This document shows, piece after piece, positions 37,807 to 47,733 of a DNA stretch of 64,000 bases. The position numbers were made by a program, and so were the translations under genes. The DNA is taken from contig CAVSHR010000009.1 of assembly GCA_963727625.1 (NCBI GenBank), positions 384,001 through 448,000 of the forward strand. Reading direction: 5' to 3'. Within the stretch, counting starts at the first letter, position 1. Every line of letters begins with the position of its first letter. The notes under the pieces are model-generated. The model had not been told where the DNA came from. It ran no database searches and worked only from the letters and a program-made list of their open reading frames with translations. The DNA is from an uncultured delta proteobacterium (GTDB taxonomy: Bacteria; Desulfobacterota; Binatia; UBA9968).

Positions 37807-38436
37807 CTACCTCCGAGCAAAATCATTAATGTCCGCGGGCACCGCCGCGGCGAGCTCTTGCCAGTCGCGATAGCGACTGATCCGACGATGTCCATCGTCG
37901 GATTGATTCCACGGACAATCGATGAGCGCCACCGAGACGCCCATCGCACCGGCCAAATACTGCGCCATCGGCAAGGAGTCTTCCACTGCCCAGCAATACC
38001 GGCGGGTTGCTAATTCAGCCAATGAAATTGCGCCTGTATTTTCTGCCGGAAAGCGCGAGTACTTGTCGACCACCGTGAACGAACTGTACGGGATCTTGTG
38101 TTTTACCAACCACGCGATAGAGACGTCCACGCTCTCCGGCGGCCTGCCGGTGACAACCGCGATTTCAAATCCGAGCTCTTCCCACCGCTTGAGCACCGCG
38201 ATCGCCCGGTCGATCGGCGCCATGCTCAACAGCTCGTCCGGTCGATGCACGATGCGGTAAAGCTCGTCGCGCTCGTCCGGTTTTAAGCCGCAAGCATGTC
38301 CGACATCGAAATTGGTCAGTTGGTCATAAGCGATCCGCTTGCCGAACTCGCGCGCGACAATCGTGAGAAAATGCCGTGCCGCCTGGCATAGCACGTCGTC
38401 CAGATCTACATAAATGGTTCGTGAGCCGGAGAGCAT
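37807..38436 (-). CDS. HAD-superfamily 5'-nucleotidase-like (NT5C) protein
   Basis: IYVDLDDVL; VVTGRP; VEDS; PWN. Confidence 0.8.
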   Translation of the reverse strand: MLSGSRTIYVDLDDVLCQAARHFLTIVAREFGKRIAYDQLTNFDVGHACGLKPDERDELYRIVHRPDELLSMAPIDRAIAVLKRWEELGFEIAVVTGRPPESVDVSIAWLVKHKIPYSSFTVVDKYSRFPAENTGAISLAELATRRYCWAVEDSLPMAQYLAGAMGVSVALIDCPWNQSDDGHRRISRYRDWQELAAAVPADINDFARR

Positions 38437-38445
38437 CGGCGGCAC

Positions 38446-38943
38446 TCAGCCTTTCGCGATGGTCAACGCCGGATCGCCAAGCCACAAGTCCATTTTGCCG
38501 ATTTGGCCATCGAGCTCCAAATGAGCGCCCTGGAGAAACACTCTGCCTAATATGCCAATGACATTGGCGTCCTGCTCCCGGCTTTTTTCCCGCAGCGACG
38601 GCACGCCGACGCATTCCATCACTTGCTCAAAACAACACTCATAGCCATCAGGTCCCTTGGTCGGAAGAATGACTTTTCCGACGAATTGCTGCAACCTCCC
38701 GTAACCGTGAATTCCGTGAATTTCTCGCGTCCCCCGACTCGGCAGGTGCAAGAATTCGGCGGCCTCAAGATCGATCATCCCCCCATAAGCACCGGTGTCG
38801 AGCAGAAAGTCGCCGCGAATTTCCCTATTGAGCTCATCGCCGTCCCGGCCCCAGGCGCCGGGAATCAGCGGTCCGATCGCTTTGAGGCGCTCTGAGGTCA
38901 AATTGGCCTGGATATAATATCGCCGGTCAACCATCAGCACCAA
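38446..38943 (-). CDS. Retropepsin-like aspartyl protease
   Basis: FLLDTGA and GILGR.FL motifs. Confidence 0.65.
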   Translation of the reverse strand: MVLMVDRRYYIQANLTSERLKAIGPLIPGAWGRDGDELNREIRGDFLLDTGAYGGMIDLEAAEFLHLPSRGTREIHGIHGYGRLQQFVGKVILPTKGPDGYECCFEQVMECVGVPSLREKSREQDANVIGILGRVFLQGAHLELDGQIGKMDLWLGDPALTIAKG

Positions 38944-39009
38944 CTTACATCAGGTGGTCAATCCTTAACAACGGCTCACGGATAACCAGGCAGCTCAGCG
39001 GGCTGGTTT

Positions 39010-39591
39010 TCATTTTTTCGACACAAACTCGCTGCCGCGAACGAGAAACCGATACGGCTTATCCTTCCACTTGCCGGCGTAGTCAACGCCGATGCGCGCG
39101 GTGGTGTGAAACTTCGGGGGAGGCTCGCCGTGGTCTTCGATGTAAAGAATTTTACCGCCGAGATCCGCGCCGTTAAGCGTGCGGTCAACCGCGAAGGCTT
39201 GACAGAGCTTCCCTGGACCACTCGCGAGATTACGCAGCAGGCTACTTTTTCGCCGCTCTTTCATCAAATCGATGCCTTGCACCGGCTCCGCAGCCCGAAT
39301 CAATACCGCCGCGGGATAGTCTTTGGCCTCAGTGACCAGGTTCAACATGTTGTAAAATCCGTAGATGAAGTAAACATACGCGTGGCCCGCCGGCCCGAAC
39401 ATCACTTCGGTGCGGGCCGTCCGCCCCTTCGAGGCGTGACAGGCCAAATCTTGCGGCCCGACGTAGGCCTCGGCTTCGACAATCCGTCCAATCGTGTCGC
39501 CTTCGGGATGCTTGCGCACGAGATATTTGCCCAAAAGCTGCGTTGCGACAGTGACCGTCGTTTGTTCGTAAAATGCGCGCGGGAGTTTCAA
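39010..39591 (-). CDS. mpg: DNA-3-methyladenine glycosylase (MPG/AAG family)
   Basis: GRIVEAEAY; AYVYFIYG; AVLIRA.EP; GPGKLCQA; RIGV. Confidence 0.92.
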   Translation of the reverse strand: MKLPRAFYEQTTVTVATQLLGKYLVRKHPEGDTIGRIVEAEAYVGPQDLACHASKGRTARTEVMFGPAGHAYVYFIYGFYNMLNLVTEAKDYPAAVLIRAAEPVQGIDLMKERRKSSLLRNLASGPGKLCQAFAVDRTLNGADLGGKILYIEDHGEPPPKFHTTARIGVDYAGKWKDKPYRFLVRGSEFVSKK

Positions 39592-39662
39592 CGGATCGGG
39601 AAAACCTTCGATTGGAAGAGCGTTCGCTGGAATTCTAATCACCGATGACTGAATGCTACTCA

Positions 39663-40049
39663 CTATTTCGACTGCGGCAAGCCGTCTTTGATCTCCACCC
39701 ACGGCGCCTTCGAGCCGACGTGCAGGTGCTTCGACGCCTTCACTCCCGGATCGCTGTCCAACGTGCCGGGGCGAAACCTCAGATGTTCAGGATCTTTATC
39801 TTTCCTTTTAAGAATCGGCGAGCCGCACCTGCCGCAAAACACCCGGTGATTTCCCGGCGACGACTCCCACTCCTTGAGCAACTCTTGCCCCGAGACAAAA
39901 CGGAACGAAGCTGTCGGAATCGTCGCCCCGCTGGAATACGCCGAGCCCGACATCTTGCGGCACAAACTGCAATGGCAGTTGGTCACTGTGCCGAGCTCGC
40001 CGTCGATCTCATATTTAACACCGCCGCAGAGACATGAACCGGTTAGCAT
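39663..40049 (-). CDS. GFA/CENP-V family protein
   Basis: GSCLCG; CHCSLCRK; FCGRCGS. Confidence 0.92.
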   Translation of the reverse strand: MLTGSCLCGGVKYEIDGELGTVTNCHCSLCRKMSGSAYSSGATIPTASFRFVSGQELLKEWESSPGNHRVFCGRCGSPILKRKDKDPEHLRFRPGTLDSDPGVKASKHLHVGSKAPWVEIKDGLPQSK

Positions 40050-40120
40050 CTTAACCCTTTCCCCGCTCCATGCGCGGCTAGTTCATTAAACGAATTATTC
40101 GGAACTTCTTCCCGGTTCTC

Positions 40121-41089
40121 CTACTTCATCTCCTTCTTAATCTCCTTCACCAGACTCCAATCCACCAGCTGGCTCAGCGGAACGTCTTTCGTGAGTTTCA
40201 ACCTTTCTTTGGTGAGTTGCACATCGAGCCGCACGCCTTTGTCGGAGATGATGCCGTCGTCGGTGAACGAATTGATCGAGGCGTCGTAGGCTCTAGCGGC
40301 TTGCGCCGGCGTGATGTGGAGATAATCGGACAACATTTGCACCGCTTCGGCGCGGTTCTGTTTCATGTACCGCGTGCCGCGGATTGTCGCGCGAACCACT
40401 CGCTTGACCTGTTCTCTTTGGGTCTGGAGCTTGTGGTCCATCACGGCGATGCCCGACAAAGGCAGCTCGATCAAGTCGCCGAGATAAACCAATCGGTGAA
40501 AGCCCTCGTCTTCCGCTTTTACCGCGAACGCCACGTCGATCGGTGTGGCGTCGATCGAACCGGCGTGCAGCGCTGCAAGCCGCGTCGGGCTGGAGCCGGT
40601 CACGATGATCTTCACGTCTCTGCCTGGTTCGAAACCGAAATGGCGCAGCGCCACCCGCGAGAGATAGTCCACCGTGCCCGCCACCGAGTCCACCCCGATG
40701 ATTTTGCCTTTGAGATCCTTGGGCGTTTTGATTTCCGGACGGGCGACCAGGACATGCAACGGCCGGCTGGCCAGACCGACCACGGCTTTGATCGGTACGC
40801 CGGTAACCGCCGCGCGCAGCGCCGATCCCCAGGCGAGCAGATAATCGACGTCGCCGGATACCAGCGCTTTGACGGCGATCGCCGGCTGCATTTGCACCTT
40901 GTCGACGTCGAGCCCCTCGCTTTTAAAGAAACCTTTGCGCATCGCCACGACCACGGGAAATTCGAACAGGCCGCGGCTCGGTGTTGCAATGGTAATGCGT
41001 TCGGCGTGAAGCGCGTTGGGTATGCCGACCAGCGCCAGCAGCAAAGCAAAGAGGCAGGGGAACCGGAAAATGACGTGCTGTGTGTTCAT
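40121..41089 (-). CDS. ABC transporter substrate-binding protein (NMT1/SsuA-like)
   Basis: Signal peptide; KGFFKSEGLDV; ALVSGDVD; DLKGK.IGV. Confidence 0.88.
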   Translation of the reverse strand: MNTQHVIFRFPCLFALLLALVGIPNALHAERITIATPSRGLFEFPVVVAMRKGFFKSEGLDVDKVQMQPAIAVKALVSGDVDYLLAWGSALRAAVTGVPIKAVVGLASRPLHVLVARPEIKTPKDLKGKIIGVDSVAGTVDYLSRVALRHFGFEPGRDVKIIVTGSSPTRLAALHAGSIDATPIDVAFAVKAEDEGFHRLVYLGDLIELPLSGIAVMDHKLQTQREQVKRVVRATIRGTRYMKQNRAEAVQMLSDYLHITPAQAARAYDASINSFTDDGIISDKGVRLDVQLTKERLKLTKDVPLSQLVDWSLVKEIKKEMK

Positions 41090-41103
41090 AACGGCAAACC
41101 TTC

Positions 41104-41928
41104 CTATTCGAGACGCACGTTTTTACTGAAATCATAGTTCTTCGAGCAAGCGCTCTCGTAGGTGCAAGAGATTCGATCCTTGTCCCAATCGCCGGCGAAG
41201 CATTTTTTTAAGAACGCCATCATCAGCTTCCACGCATCGATGGCCGCTTCCTTGCGGTAGCGTCCCGGCATGGTGTCGTTGAGCCAGCCATGCGGGGCGT
41301 CGGGGTAGACGCGGATGTGATAATTCTTCCTCGCCTTCTCGAAACAGTTGCGCAAGCGCACCACGTCGTCGATCGAAATGATGTGGTCGGCTTCGCCGAA
41401 GACGCCCAGGACGGGGCAAGTCACCTGCACGACCAGATCTTCGATGGGTGTCGGGCGCAGCTCGTTTCCCTGCCACTCCCGGCCGCCAATGGCGCCGTAG
41501 AGCACCACCGCGCCGCAGATGTCGTTACGCTTCGCCGCCAGCAGTACCGGCTGGCGCCCGGTTTGGCAGACGCCGATGATGCCGACGCGCGCGCCGTCGA
41601 CTGCTTTGAGACGTTTCAAATATTCGACTGCGGCGTTCAGATCCGCCAGCGCGCCGTCGTCGGTGAGATCGACTCTCTGCTCGCCGCGCAACACCGCCTT
41701 GCGGTCGCCGGGAAAGCGATGAAACAGATCCGGCGCCAAGCCGACGAAACCGGCTTGGGCCAACTTCACGGTCAAATCTTTGGTATGTTGGTCGATGCCG
41801 TAGCGTTCGTGCAGAATGATGACCGCCGGTCGTCTGCTCTTGGCTTTGGGCAAAGCACGCACCGCGCTGATGCCGCCGCCATATTTGATCATCGTCGGTG
41901 CAATACCTTTAGAATTCTTCGCCGCCAT
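41104..41928 (-). CDS. Dienelactone hydrolase family protein
   Basis: HERYG; APDLFHR; GVCQTG nucleophile; FGEAD; YPDAPHGW. Confidence 0.88.
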   Translation of the reverse strand: MAAKNSKGIAPTMIKYGGGISAVRALPKAKSRRPAVIILHERYGIDQHTKDLTVKLAQAGFVGLAPDLFHRFPGDRKAVLRGEQRVDLTDDGALADLNAAVEYLKRLKAVDGARVGIIGVCQTGRQPVLLAAKRNDICGAVVLYGAIGGREWQGNELRPTPIEDLVVQVTCPVLGVFGEADHIISIDDVVRLRNCFEKARKNYHIRVYPDAPHGWLNDTMPGRYRKEAAIDAWKLMMAFLKKCFAGDWDKDRISCTYESACSKNYDFSKNVRLE

Positions 41929-42061
41929 CATGCCTCCAAGATCAAATTGAATCGACTGGTTTCCTGTCAAATTTTGCCAAGCTTATCCCTGCCTCGGCAA
42001 ACTAGTCAAGGCGGCGGCGCACGACTTGTCTCGGTCCGATCAGAAACGTATATTCACCGCC

Positions 42062-42379
42062 ATGAACCTCAAAACGGGATCGAATGTAGTCGCAAATCTC
42101 ATCACGATCGGGCGAAAAACCAGAGAGCGGCGCACTGTGGAACTGCGTTTTCTTTATTTAAATGGGAATTTTTACGCTACCTCGAGCAAGATTCAAGGCA
42201 AGCACTGGTGTCAAAACCTGATCAAGAATCCCGCCGTCGAAATTAGCCTCAAAGGTGAGAAGCTGTCGTGCGTGGGCAAGCAAGTAACGGACGAAGCGCT
42301 GCGAAAGCAAATCCTGACCTTGCGCGACTCACCGCCGCAGCTCGACCGAGTCGTGTTCGAAATCCAGCCGCAGGGTTAG
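42062..42379 (+). CDS. Deazaflavin-dependent nitroreductase (Ddn)-like split-barrel protein
   Basis: L.TIGRKT...R; W..NL.KNP.VEI. Confidence 0.65.
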   Translation: MNLKTGSNVVANLITIGRKTRERRTVELRFLYLNGNFYATSSKIQGKHWCQNLIKNPAVEISLKGEKLSCVGKQVTDEALRKQILTLRDSPPQLDRVVFEIQPQG

Positions 42380-42382
42380 CGC

Positions 42383-43273
42383 TTAACCGTGGCTCAGGAT
42401 AAAAACCCCGAAGACGATTAGCGCCGCGGCGAAGCCGTCGCGCAGCGTCACGACTTCGATGCCTCTCAGAGTGAAATGAGCCAGGGCGAAGGTGACCAGT
42501 GGCGAAATCCGCCAGATCGGCGACAAAAGCGCCGCCGGTCCATAGCCCAAGGCGAAAAAGCTAAACATCGAGCCCAGCGCTTCGGTGACACCTGCCAGCA
42601 TGAGTAGAATCAACCCCGGCGCTGGGATGCGCTCCCAGGTGGGCTTCAACCCCATAAACTTACCCAACAACAGCATAAACAGCAGAGCCGTAGTCTGGGT
42701 GATCAGTGCTCCGAGTATGGGCAGGTTGGCCGCGTTCACGCCGATCTTTTTAAAGATCGGATTAATACCGAAACAGAGGGCGGCGATGATTGGAAATGAC
42801 AAGTAGCGCAACCGGCCGACACTGCGCTTTTCAGTTGGTTTAGCCTGCGATATCACCGCGATGCCCGCGATGATGGCGAGCACGCCCGCGATGATGAAGC
42901 CATTTACCTCCTCGCCGAGAAACACGACGGCGAGAATTGCCGTCAACAGCGGCGAGCTGTTTTTGACCGCCGCGGCTTTCGACGCGCCGACCTTATCGAT
43001 GCCGCGGTAGAAAAATACCTTGCCGAAGCTGGCCCCGACTGCGCCGGCAAGAAAAAACGACCAGAATGCCCGGCCGGAAAAATCCACCGCGCCGATCTCG
43101 CCGTAATAAGCCGCCAAGCCGGCGAGCAAAAGCACCGCGACATGCTGCTGCACCAGTGTGGCGTTGCTGACGTGGGTGTAGCGGATGCCGCGCTTGAGCA
43201 GCAGCGGGCTCAACCCCCAAAGCACACCCGCCAACAAGGCGTAGGCGATGCCGATCTGCAGTTCCGCGCTCAC
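42383..43273 (-). CDS. DMT/EamA-family transporter
   Basis: ~10 TM helices; SPLLTAILAVVFLGE. Confidence 0.88.
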   Translation of the reverse strand: MSAELQIGIAYALLAGVLWGLSPLLLKRGIRYTHVSNATLVQQHVAVLLLAGLAAYYGEIGAVDFSGRAFWSFFLAGAVGASFGKVFFYRGIDKVGASKAAAVKNSSPLLTAILAVVFLGEEVNGFIIAGVLAIIAGIAVISQAKPTEKRSVGRLRYLSFPIIAALCFGINPIFKKIGVNAANLPILGALITQTTALLFMLLLGKFMGLKPTWERIPAPGLILLMLAGVTEALGSMFSFFALGYGPAALLSPIWRISPLVTFALAHFTLRGIEVVTLRDGFAAALIVFGVFILSHG

Positions 43274-43291
43274 TCGTGGAAAAAACCCGGG

Positions 43292-43507
43292 TTACTTCTT
43301 GCTCTCCTGTTCGGTCATTTTTTTCTCGATGCTCTCGGCGCCCTTTTGCATGCCTTCCACCATCGCTTTCTCTTTTTGCATGCCTTCTTGAATCGCCTTC
43401 TGCGCTTCGGCCGCCTTGTCCGCGGACTCCTGCTTGTCACCGCCGCAAGCCGATAGCCCGAACAGCATTCCCACGATAACTGTCATGCGTACAAATTGTT
43501 TCATCAT
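43292..43507 (-). CDS. Small lipoprotein
   Basis: Lipobox LSAC followed by a helical charged tail; GGAGG RBS. Confidence 0.7.
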   Translation of the reverse strand: MMKQFVRMTVIVGMLFGLSACGGDKQESADKAAEAQKAIQEGMQKEKAMVEGMQKGAESIEKKMTEQESKK

Positions 43508-43631
43508 GCCTCCCGAAATTTCCCGTAATCTGTACTAGTTATCAGGTTTCCACCCGAAGTGAAAACCTTCGTCACAGGGATACCGCGCGGGCACTTTTTT
43601 TTGCCCCGTCATTTGTTATGGTTAGTCAGCT

Positions 43632-44462
43632 ATGCTGAAGCAGTTTTGGGCCGCAACAATTTCCGCCGCCGTTCTTCCGCTGCTTTTATTTGCGTCTCCG
43701 TCGGCGCAAGCGCAAGCCAAAATCGGCGTCACGCTCACCGTGACTCATGCGGGAACCTGGACAACTATTCAAAAAGGTGTCGAGTTCCACAAGATCATCC
43801 TGGAGCGCACCGAGCCGGGCTACGAGATTGAATTGAAGGTTTTCCGCCTCGACAGCCGATTTATCGTTCCACGGGTGCTCTATGCCGGGCAGTTTCAGTT
43901 GAAATCGGCGGATGCGAAAACCTTCGCCGAAAAAACCGGCGCCATCGCGGCGATCAACGCCAACTACTTCGACGACAAAGGCCGCCCGCTGGCGTACTTG
44001 AAAACCGCCGAAAAGGAAATCAACCGCTTGGTCTCCAAGCACCGGCTTTACACCGGCGTCTTCGGTTTGGGCAAAGCCGGGCCGTTCGTGACTCATCGCG
44101 ACGATTTTCAACCGGCCCAAGCTAGTCAAGCGCTGCAATCCGGCCCCCTGCTCTTGCATCTGGGCGCCGCCGTCGCAGGGATGGGCGGCTCGACGCGTTC
44201 CGCCCGGCGCAGCGTCATCGGCATCGATAGAGACAACCGCGTCCTGATCGGCGTCACCGACGCGGTGATCGGCGGCCTGGGCTTTGCGGAGTTACAAGAG
44301 CTATTTAGCCACTCCAAGTTGCAATTGGAGGCTGTCGAACTGTTGAACCTCGATGGCGGCGGCTCGTCGCAGATCTATGTTAAATCAGGCAAGTTCGAAG
44401 AATGGCTCCCCGGCACCACCGAGGTCCCGGTGGCCATCGGTTTTTTTAATAAACCAAACTGA
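43632..44462 (+). CDS. Phosphodiester glycosidase (NAGPA-like) family protein
   Basis: AAINANYF; QSGPLL; RSVIGI; LNLDGGGSS. Confidence 0.85.
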   Translation: MLKQFWAATISAAVLPLLLFASPSAQAQAKIGVTLTVTHAGTWTTIQKGVEFHKIILERTEPGYEIELKVFRLDSRFIVPRVLYAGQFQLKSADAKTFAEKTGAIAAINANYFDDKGRPLAYLKTAEKEINRLVSKHRLYTGVFGLGKAGPFVTHRDDFQPAQASQALQSGPLLLHLGAAVAGMGGSTRSARRSVIGIDRDNRVLIGVTDAVIGGLGFAELQELFSHSKLQLEAVELLNLDGGGSSQIYVKSGKFEEWLPGTTEVPVAIGFFNKPN

Positions 44463-44748
44463 TCCACGTGATCGCCAATAAGGGCCTTTTTGACGACGAA
44501 CGCTCTGACGCGCAGCCGCGGAGCAAACCTTTCCCGCCAAGTTCGCCAAACACGCAAAGGCCACCCAAACCGAAGCCCAGAGGATTGGGTCCCTTAACTT
44601 GGCGGTCTTTGCGAGCTTTGCGCGAGATAATCCGGGGTTTGCTTGCCGCTTGGCGCCGGGTCTTTCGCGGTCAAGCTTATCGAACTATTCTTGGAGAAGA
44701 CCGCATGTTTTGACGGTCATCGCCCGCTCCGAAGACGGGATTTGACCG

Positions 44749-46191
44749 CTAATCGAGAGAGGAAAACGCCGCGCGGCTCAAGTCGAGGGCGGTTGCCGGC
44801 AGGATGCCGAGATAGATGGTGCCGGCCAAAGCCAGGGCGATGGCGATATAAACATAGGGCGCTTGTCTGAAGCTCTTCCCTTCGGCGCCGCCCTCTTCCA
44901 TATACATCGCGACGATCACGCGCAGGTAATAAATCACCGACAGCAAACTGTTGAGCACGCCGATGACCGCCAAATTGAGTTGGCCGGACAGCACCGCGCC
45001 GCGGAAGATATAAAATTTTCCGACGAAACCGGCCAGCGGCGGGAAACCTGCGAGGGACAGCATAAAGACCGCCATGGCCAAGCCGAGAAAGGGCCGCTTG
45101 AATCCTAGTCCTGCAAAGTCGCGGTAACCCTCGTGCGGATCGTCGCCCTCGGCGAGGGAGCTCAGCACGGCAAAGGCGCCGACGGTCATAAACGCGTAGG
45201 CCAGGAGATAAAACAGCAACGGCATGCCGCCCCATTCCTCGCCGATAACCACGCCGATCAGCAAATAGCCGGCGTGCGCGATGCTCGAGTAGGCAAGCAT
45301 GCGTTTCACGCTGATCTGGCCGATAGCGAGGAGGTTGCCAAGCGTCATCGTGCCGATGGCGATAATCCACAAAGGAAAAACCCAGTCACCGTTGAGGGGC
45401 GACAGCTGGTGCATCAAGAAGCGCGCCCAGGCCGCGAACGCGGCCGCTTTTACCGCCACCGACATAAAGCCGCTCACCGGCGTCGGCGCTCCATCGTAGA
45501 CATCGGGAACCCAGAAATGAAACGGCACGGCGCCGACTTTAAAGGCAAAGCCGATCAGCAAGAGAAATCCGCCGCCGACCAAATAAAGCGGCCAATCCGC
45601 CGGTTGCCCGAGCAGATAATCGGCGATGACATTGAGATTGGTCGATCCGGTGGCGCCGTAAATCAAGGCGATGCCGTAGAGCAAGAAGCCGGTGGCGAAG
45701 GCGCCCATGAGAAAGTATTTCATCGCCGCTTCGCTCGACCGGCTGCTCGAGCGCCACATGCCGGTGAGCACGTACACGGCGATCGACATGGTTTCCAAGC
45801 CGAGGAAGAACACCAGCAAGTCATTGGCCGCGGCCATGACCATCATGCCGGCGGTGGCGAAAAGGATCAGGGCATAAAACTCGCCCTCGTGGATCGCCGC
45901 CTGGCGGATGTAGTGAATCGACGAAAGGATGGTCAGTGCGGCGACGATGAGAAAAATCAGCGAGAAAAATAGCGCGAAGTTGTCCAGCAACACGGCATCG
46001 CTAAAGCCGCCATCCCTTGTGCCCCACAGGGCCACCGACTCGGCGGCGGCGAGGCCGATGCCGACAAAACTGATGAACGCCAGAAATCCCTTGGTCTTTT
46101 GCTCTTCGATAAACAGATCGCGCAACACCACGACCAGCGCCGTGAGCAGCACTTGAATAGCCGGTAACAGCGGCAATAGGTTAACGTCCAT
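44749..46191 (-). CDS. nuoN: NADH-quinone oxidoreductase subunit N
   Basis: EAAMKYFLMG; FKVGAVPFHFWVPDVYDGAP; KRMLAYSSIAH. Confidence 0.95.
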   Translation of the reverse strand: MDVNLLPLLPAIQVLLTALVVVLRDLFIEEQKTKGFLAFISFVGIGLAAAESVALWGTRDGGFSDAVLLDNFALFFSLIFLIVAALTILSSIHYIRQAAIHEGEFYALILFATAGMMVMAAANDLLVFFLGLETMSIAVYVLTGMWRSSSRSSEAAMKYFLMGAFATGFLLYGIALIYGATGSTNLNVIADYLLGQPADWPLYLVGGGFLLLIGFAFKVGAVPFHFWVPDVYDGAPTPVSGFMSVAVKAAAFAAWARFLMHQLSPLNGDWVFPLWIIAIGTMTLGNLLAIGQISVKRMLAYSSIAHAGYLLIGVVIGEEWGGMPLLFYLLAYAFMTVGAFAVLSSLAEGDDPHEGYRDFAGLGFKRPFLGLAMAVFMLSLAGFPPLAGFVGKFYIFRGAVLSGQLNLAVIGVLNSLLSVIYYLRVIVAMYMEEGGAEGKSFRQAPYVYIAIALALAGTIYLGILPATALDLSRAAFSSLD

Positions 46192-47716
46192 TGGGCTTCG
46201 ATTCTCCGCTGCTCGCCGGCGCGTTGTTCGCGGGCTCGGCGGGAACCATGGTAATTTTTTTCAAGGTCAGCTCGACGGCCGGTTTCATCCGCTGCAAAAA
46301 CGGCTGCGGGTAGACGCCCAGGAGGACGATCAGAAGCAGGATCGGCGCGAGCAACAATATCTCCCGCGCGTTTAAATCCGCCAGTTTTTCATTGGCGGGA
46401 TTTTTAAGTGGTCCGAAGATCACCCGACGGTACATCCACAGCATGTAGATAGCGCCGAGGATGACACCGCTGGTAGCCGCCGCGGTCCAACCCGGAGTGG
46501 CGCTGAAAGCGCCGAGCAAGATCAAAAATTCGCCGACGAAGCCGTTTAAACCCGGAAGGCCGATGGACGAAAAGATCACCACCAGCAAGATCGCGGAGAA
46601 CAGCGGCATCTGCTTCCACAGACCGCCGAAGTCGTCGATCACACGCGTATGGCGGCGGTCGTAAATCATGCCGACGAGCAGAAACAGCGCGCCGGTGGAC
46701 AGGCCGTGATTGATCATCTGATAAACCGCGCCTTGCACGCCCTGCATGTTGAAGACGAACAGGCCAAGCATAACGAAACCGAGGTGGCTGACCGAAGAAT
46801 AGGCCACGAGTTTTTTAATATCGCTTTGCATCATCGCCACTAGAGCGCCGTAGATGATCCCGATCACGGCCAGAGCGACGATCACCGGCGCCGCGGCCGC
46901 CGCGGCCTCGGGAAACAGCGGGATGGCAAAGCGCAGAAAGCCGTAGGTGCCAAGCTTGAGCAGAACACCTGCGAGGATCACCGACCCCGCCGTCGGCGCC
47001 TCGACGTGGGCGTCGGGCAGCCAGGTGTGAAACGGAAAGAGCGGCACCTTGATCGCAAAGGACAGGGCGAAGACAAAAAACAGCCAGGCTTGTTGGTCGA
47101 AGGTCAGATGCATGCCGTAGAGCTTCAGCAGATCGAAGGTTAACACCTGCTCCAGCTCGGCGTGGCGCGCCGCCAGGTAAATGATCCCGACCAGCATCAG
47201 CAAGCTGCCGGCCATGGTGTAGATGACGAACTTGAGCGCCGCGTAGATACGCCGCGGACCGCCCCACACGCCGATGAGAAAATACATCGGCACCAGCATG
47301 ACTTCCCAAAACACGTAAAACAGAAACAGGTCGAGCGCGACAAACGCCCCGAGCATGCCGGTCTCGAGGAGCAGCATGAAAATGAGATACTCCTTGACCT
47401 TGTCTTTCACCGACCAGGAGGCCAGGATCGCGATCGGCATGAGCAAGGTCGTGAGCAGCACCAAGAACAGGCTGATGCCGTCGATGCCGACGATGTATTC
47501 GATGCCGAAGGAGGGCATCCACGGGATGCGCTCGACGAATTGCATTGCCCCGCTGCTGCCGTCAAAGGCGCTAAAGATTTTCACCGACCAGAGAAAATTG
47601 AGCGAGCCGGCGATGAACGCCAGAGAAAACAGCGCCCCGCTGCTGCGCCGCGGCACGAGCAGGAGCAAACCGGCCCCAATGACGGGCACTGCCAATAATA
47701 CGCTGAGATTTCCCAT
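46181..47716 (-). CDS. nuoM: NADH-quinone oxidoreductase subunit M
   Basis: FYVFWE; KVPLFPFHTWLPDAHVEAPT; KKLVAYSSVSH. Confidence 0.95.
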   Translation of the reverse strand: MGNLSVLLAVPVIGAGLLLLVPRRSSGALFSLAFIAGSLNFLWSVKIFSAFDGSSGAMQFVERIPWMPSFGIEYIVGIDGISLFLVLLTTLLMPIAILASWSVKDKVKEYLIFMLLLETGMLGAFVALDLFLFYVFWEVMLVPMYFLIGVWGGPRRIYAALKFVIYTMAGSLLMLVGIIYLAARHAELEQVLTFDLLKLYGMHLTFDQQAWLFFVFALSFAIKVPLFPFHTWLPDAHVEAPTAGSVILAGVLLKLGTYGFLRFAIPLFPEAAAAAAPVIVALAVIGIIYGALVAMMQSDIKKLVAYSSVSHLGFVMLGLFVFNMQGVQGAVYQMINHGLSTGALFLLVGMIYDRRHTRVIDDFGGLWKQMPLFSAILLVVIFSSIGLPGLNGFVGEFLILLGAFSATPGWTAAATSGVILGAIYMLWMYRRVIFGPLKNPANEKLADLNAREILLLAPILLLIVLLGVYPQPFLQRMKPAVELTLKKITMVPAEPANNAPASSGESKPNGR

Positions 47717-47733
47717 GGCAAGTCAGAGCATTT

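Noticed and set aside
40217-42246. Long + strand ORFs 40217-41137 and 41290-42246 (and similar ORFs opposite nuo and TBDR genes)
   Set aside because: Antisense shadows of well-supported genes in GC-rich DNA; no motifs
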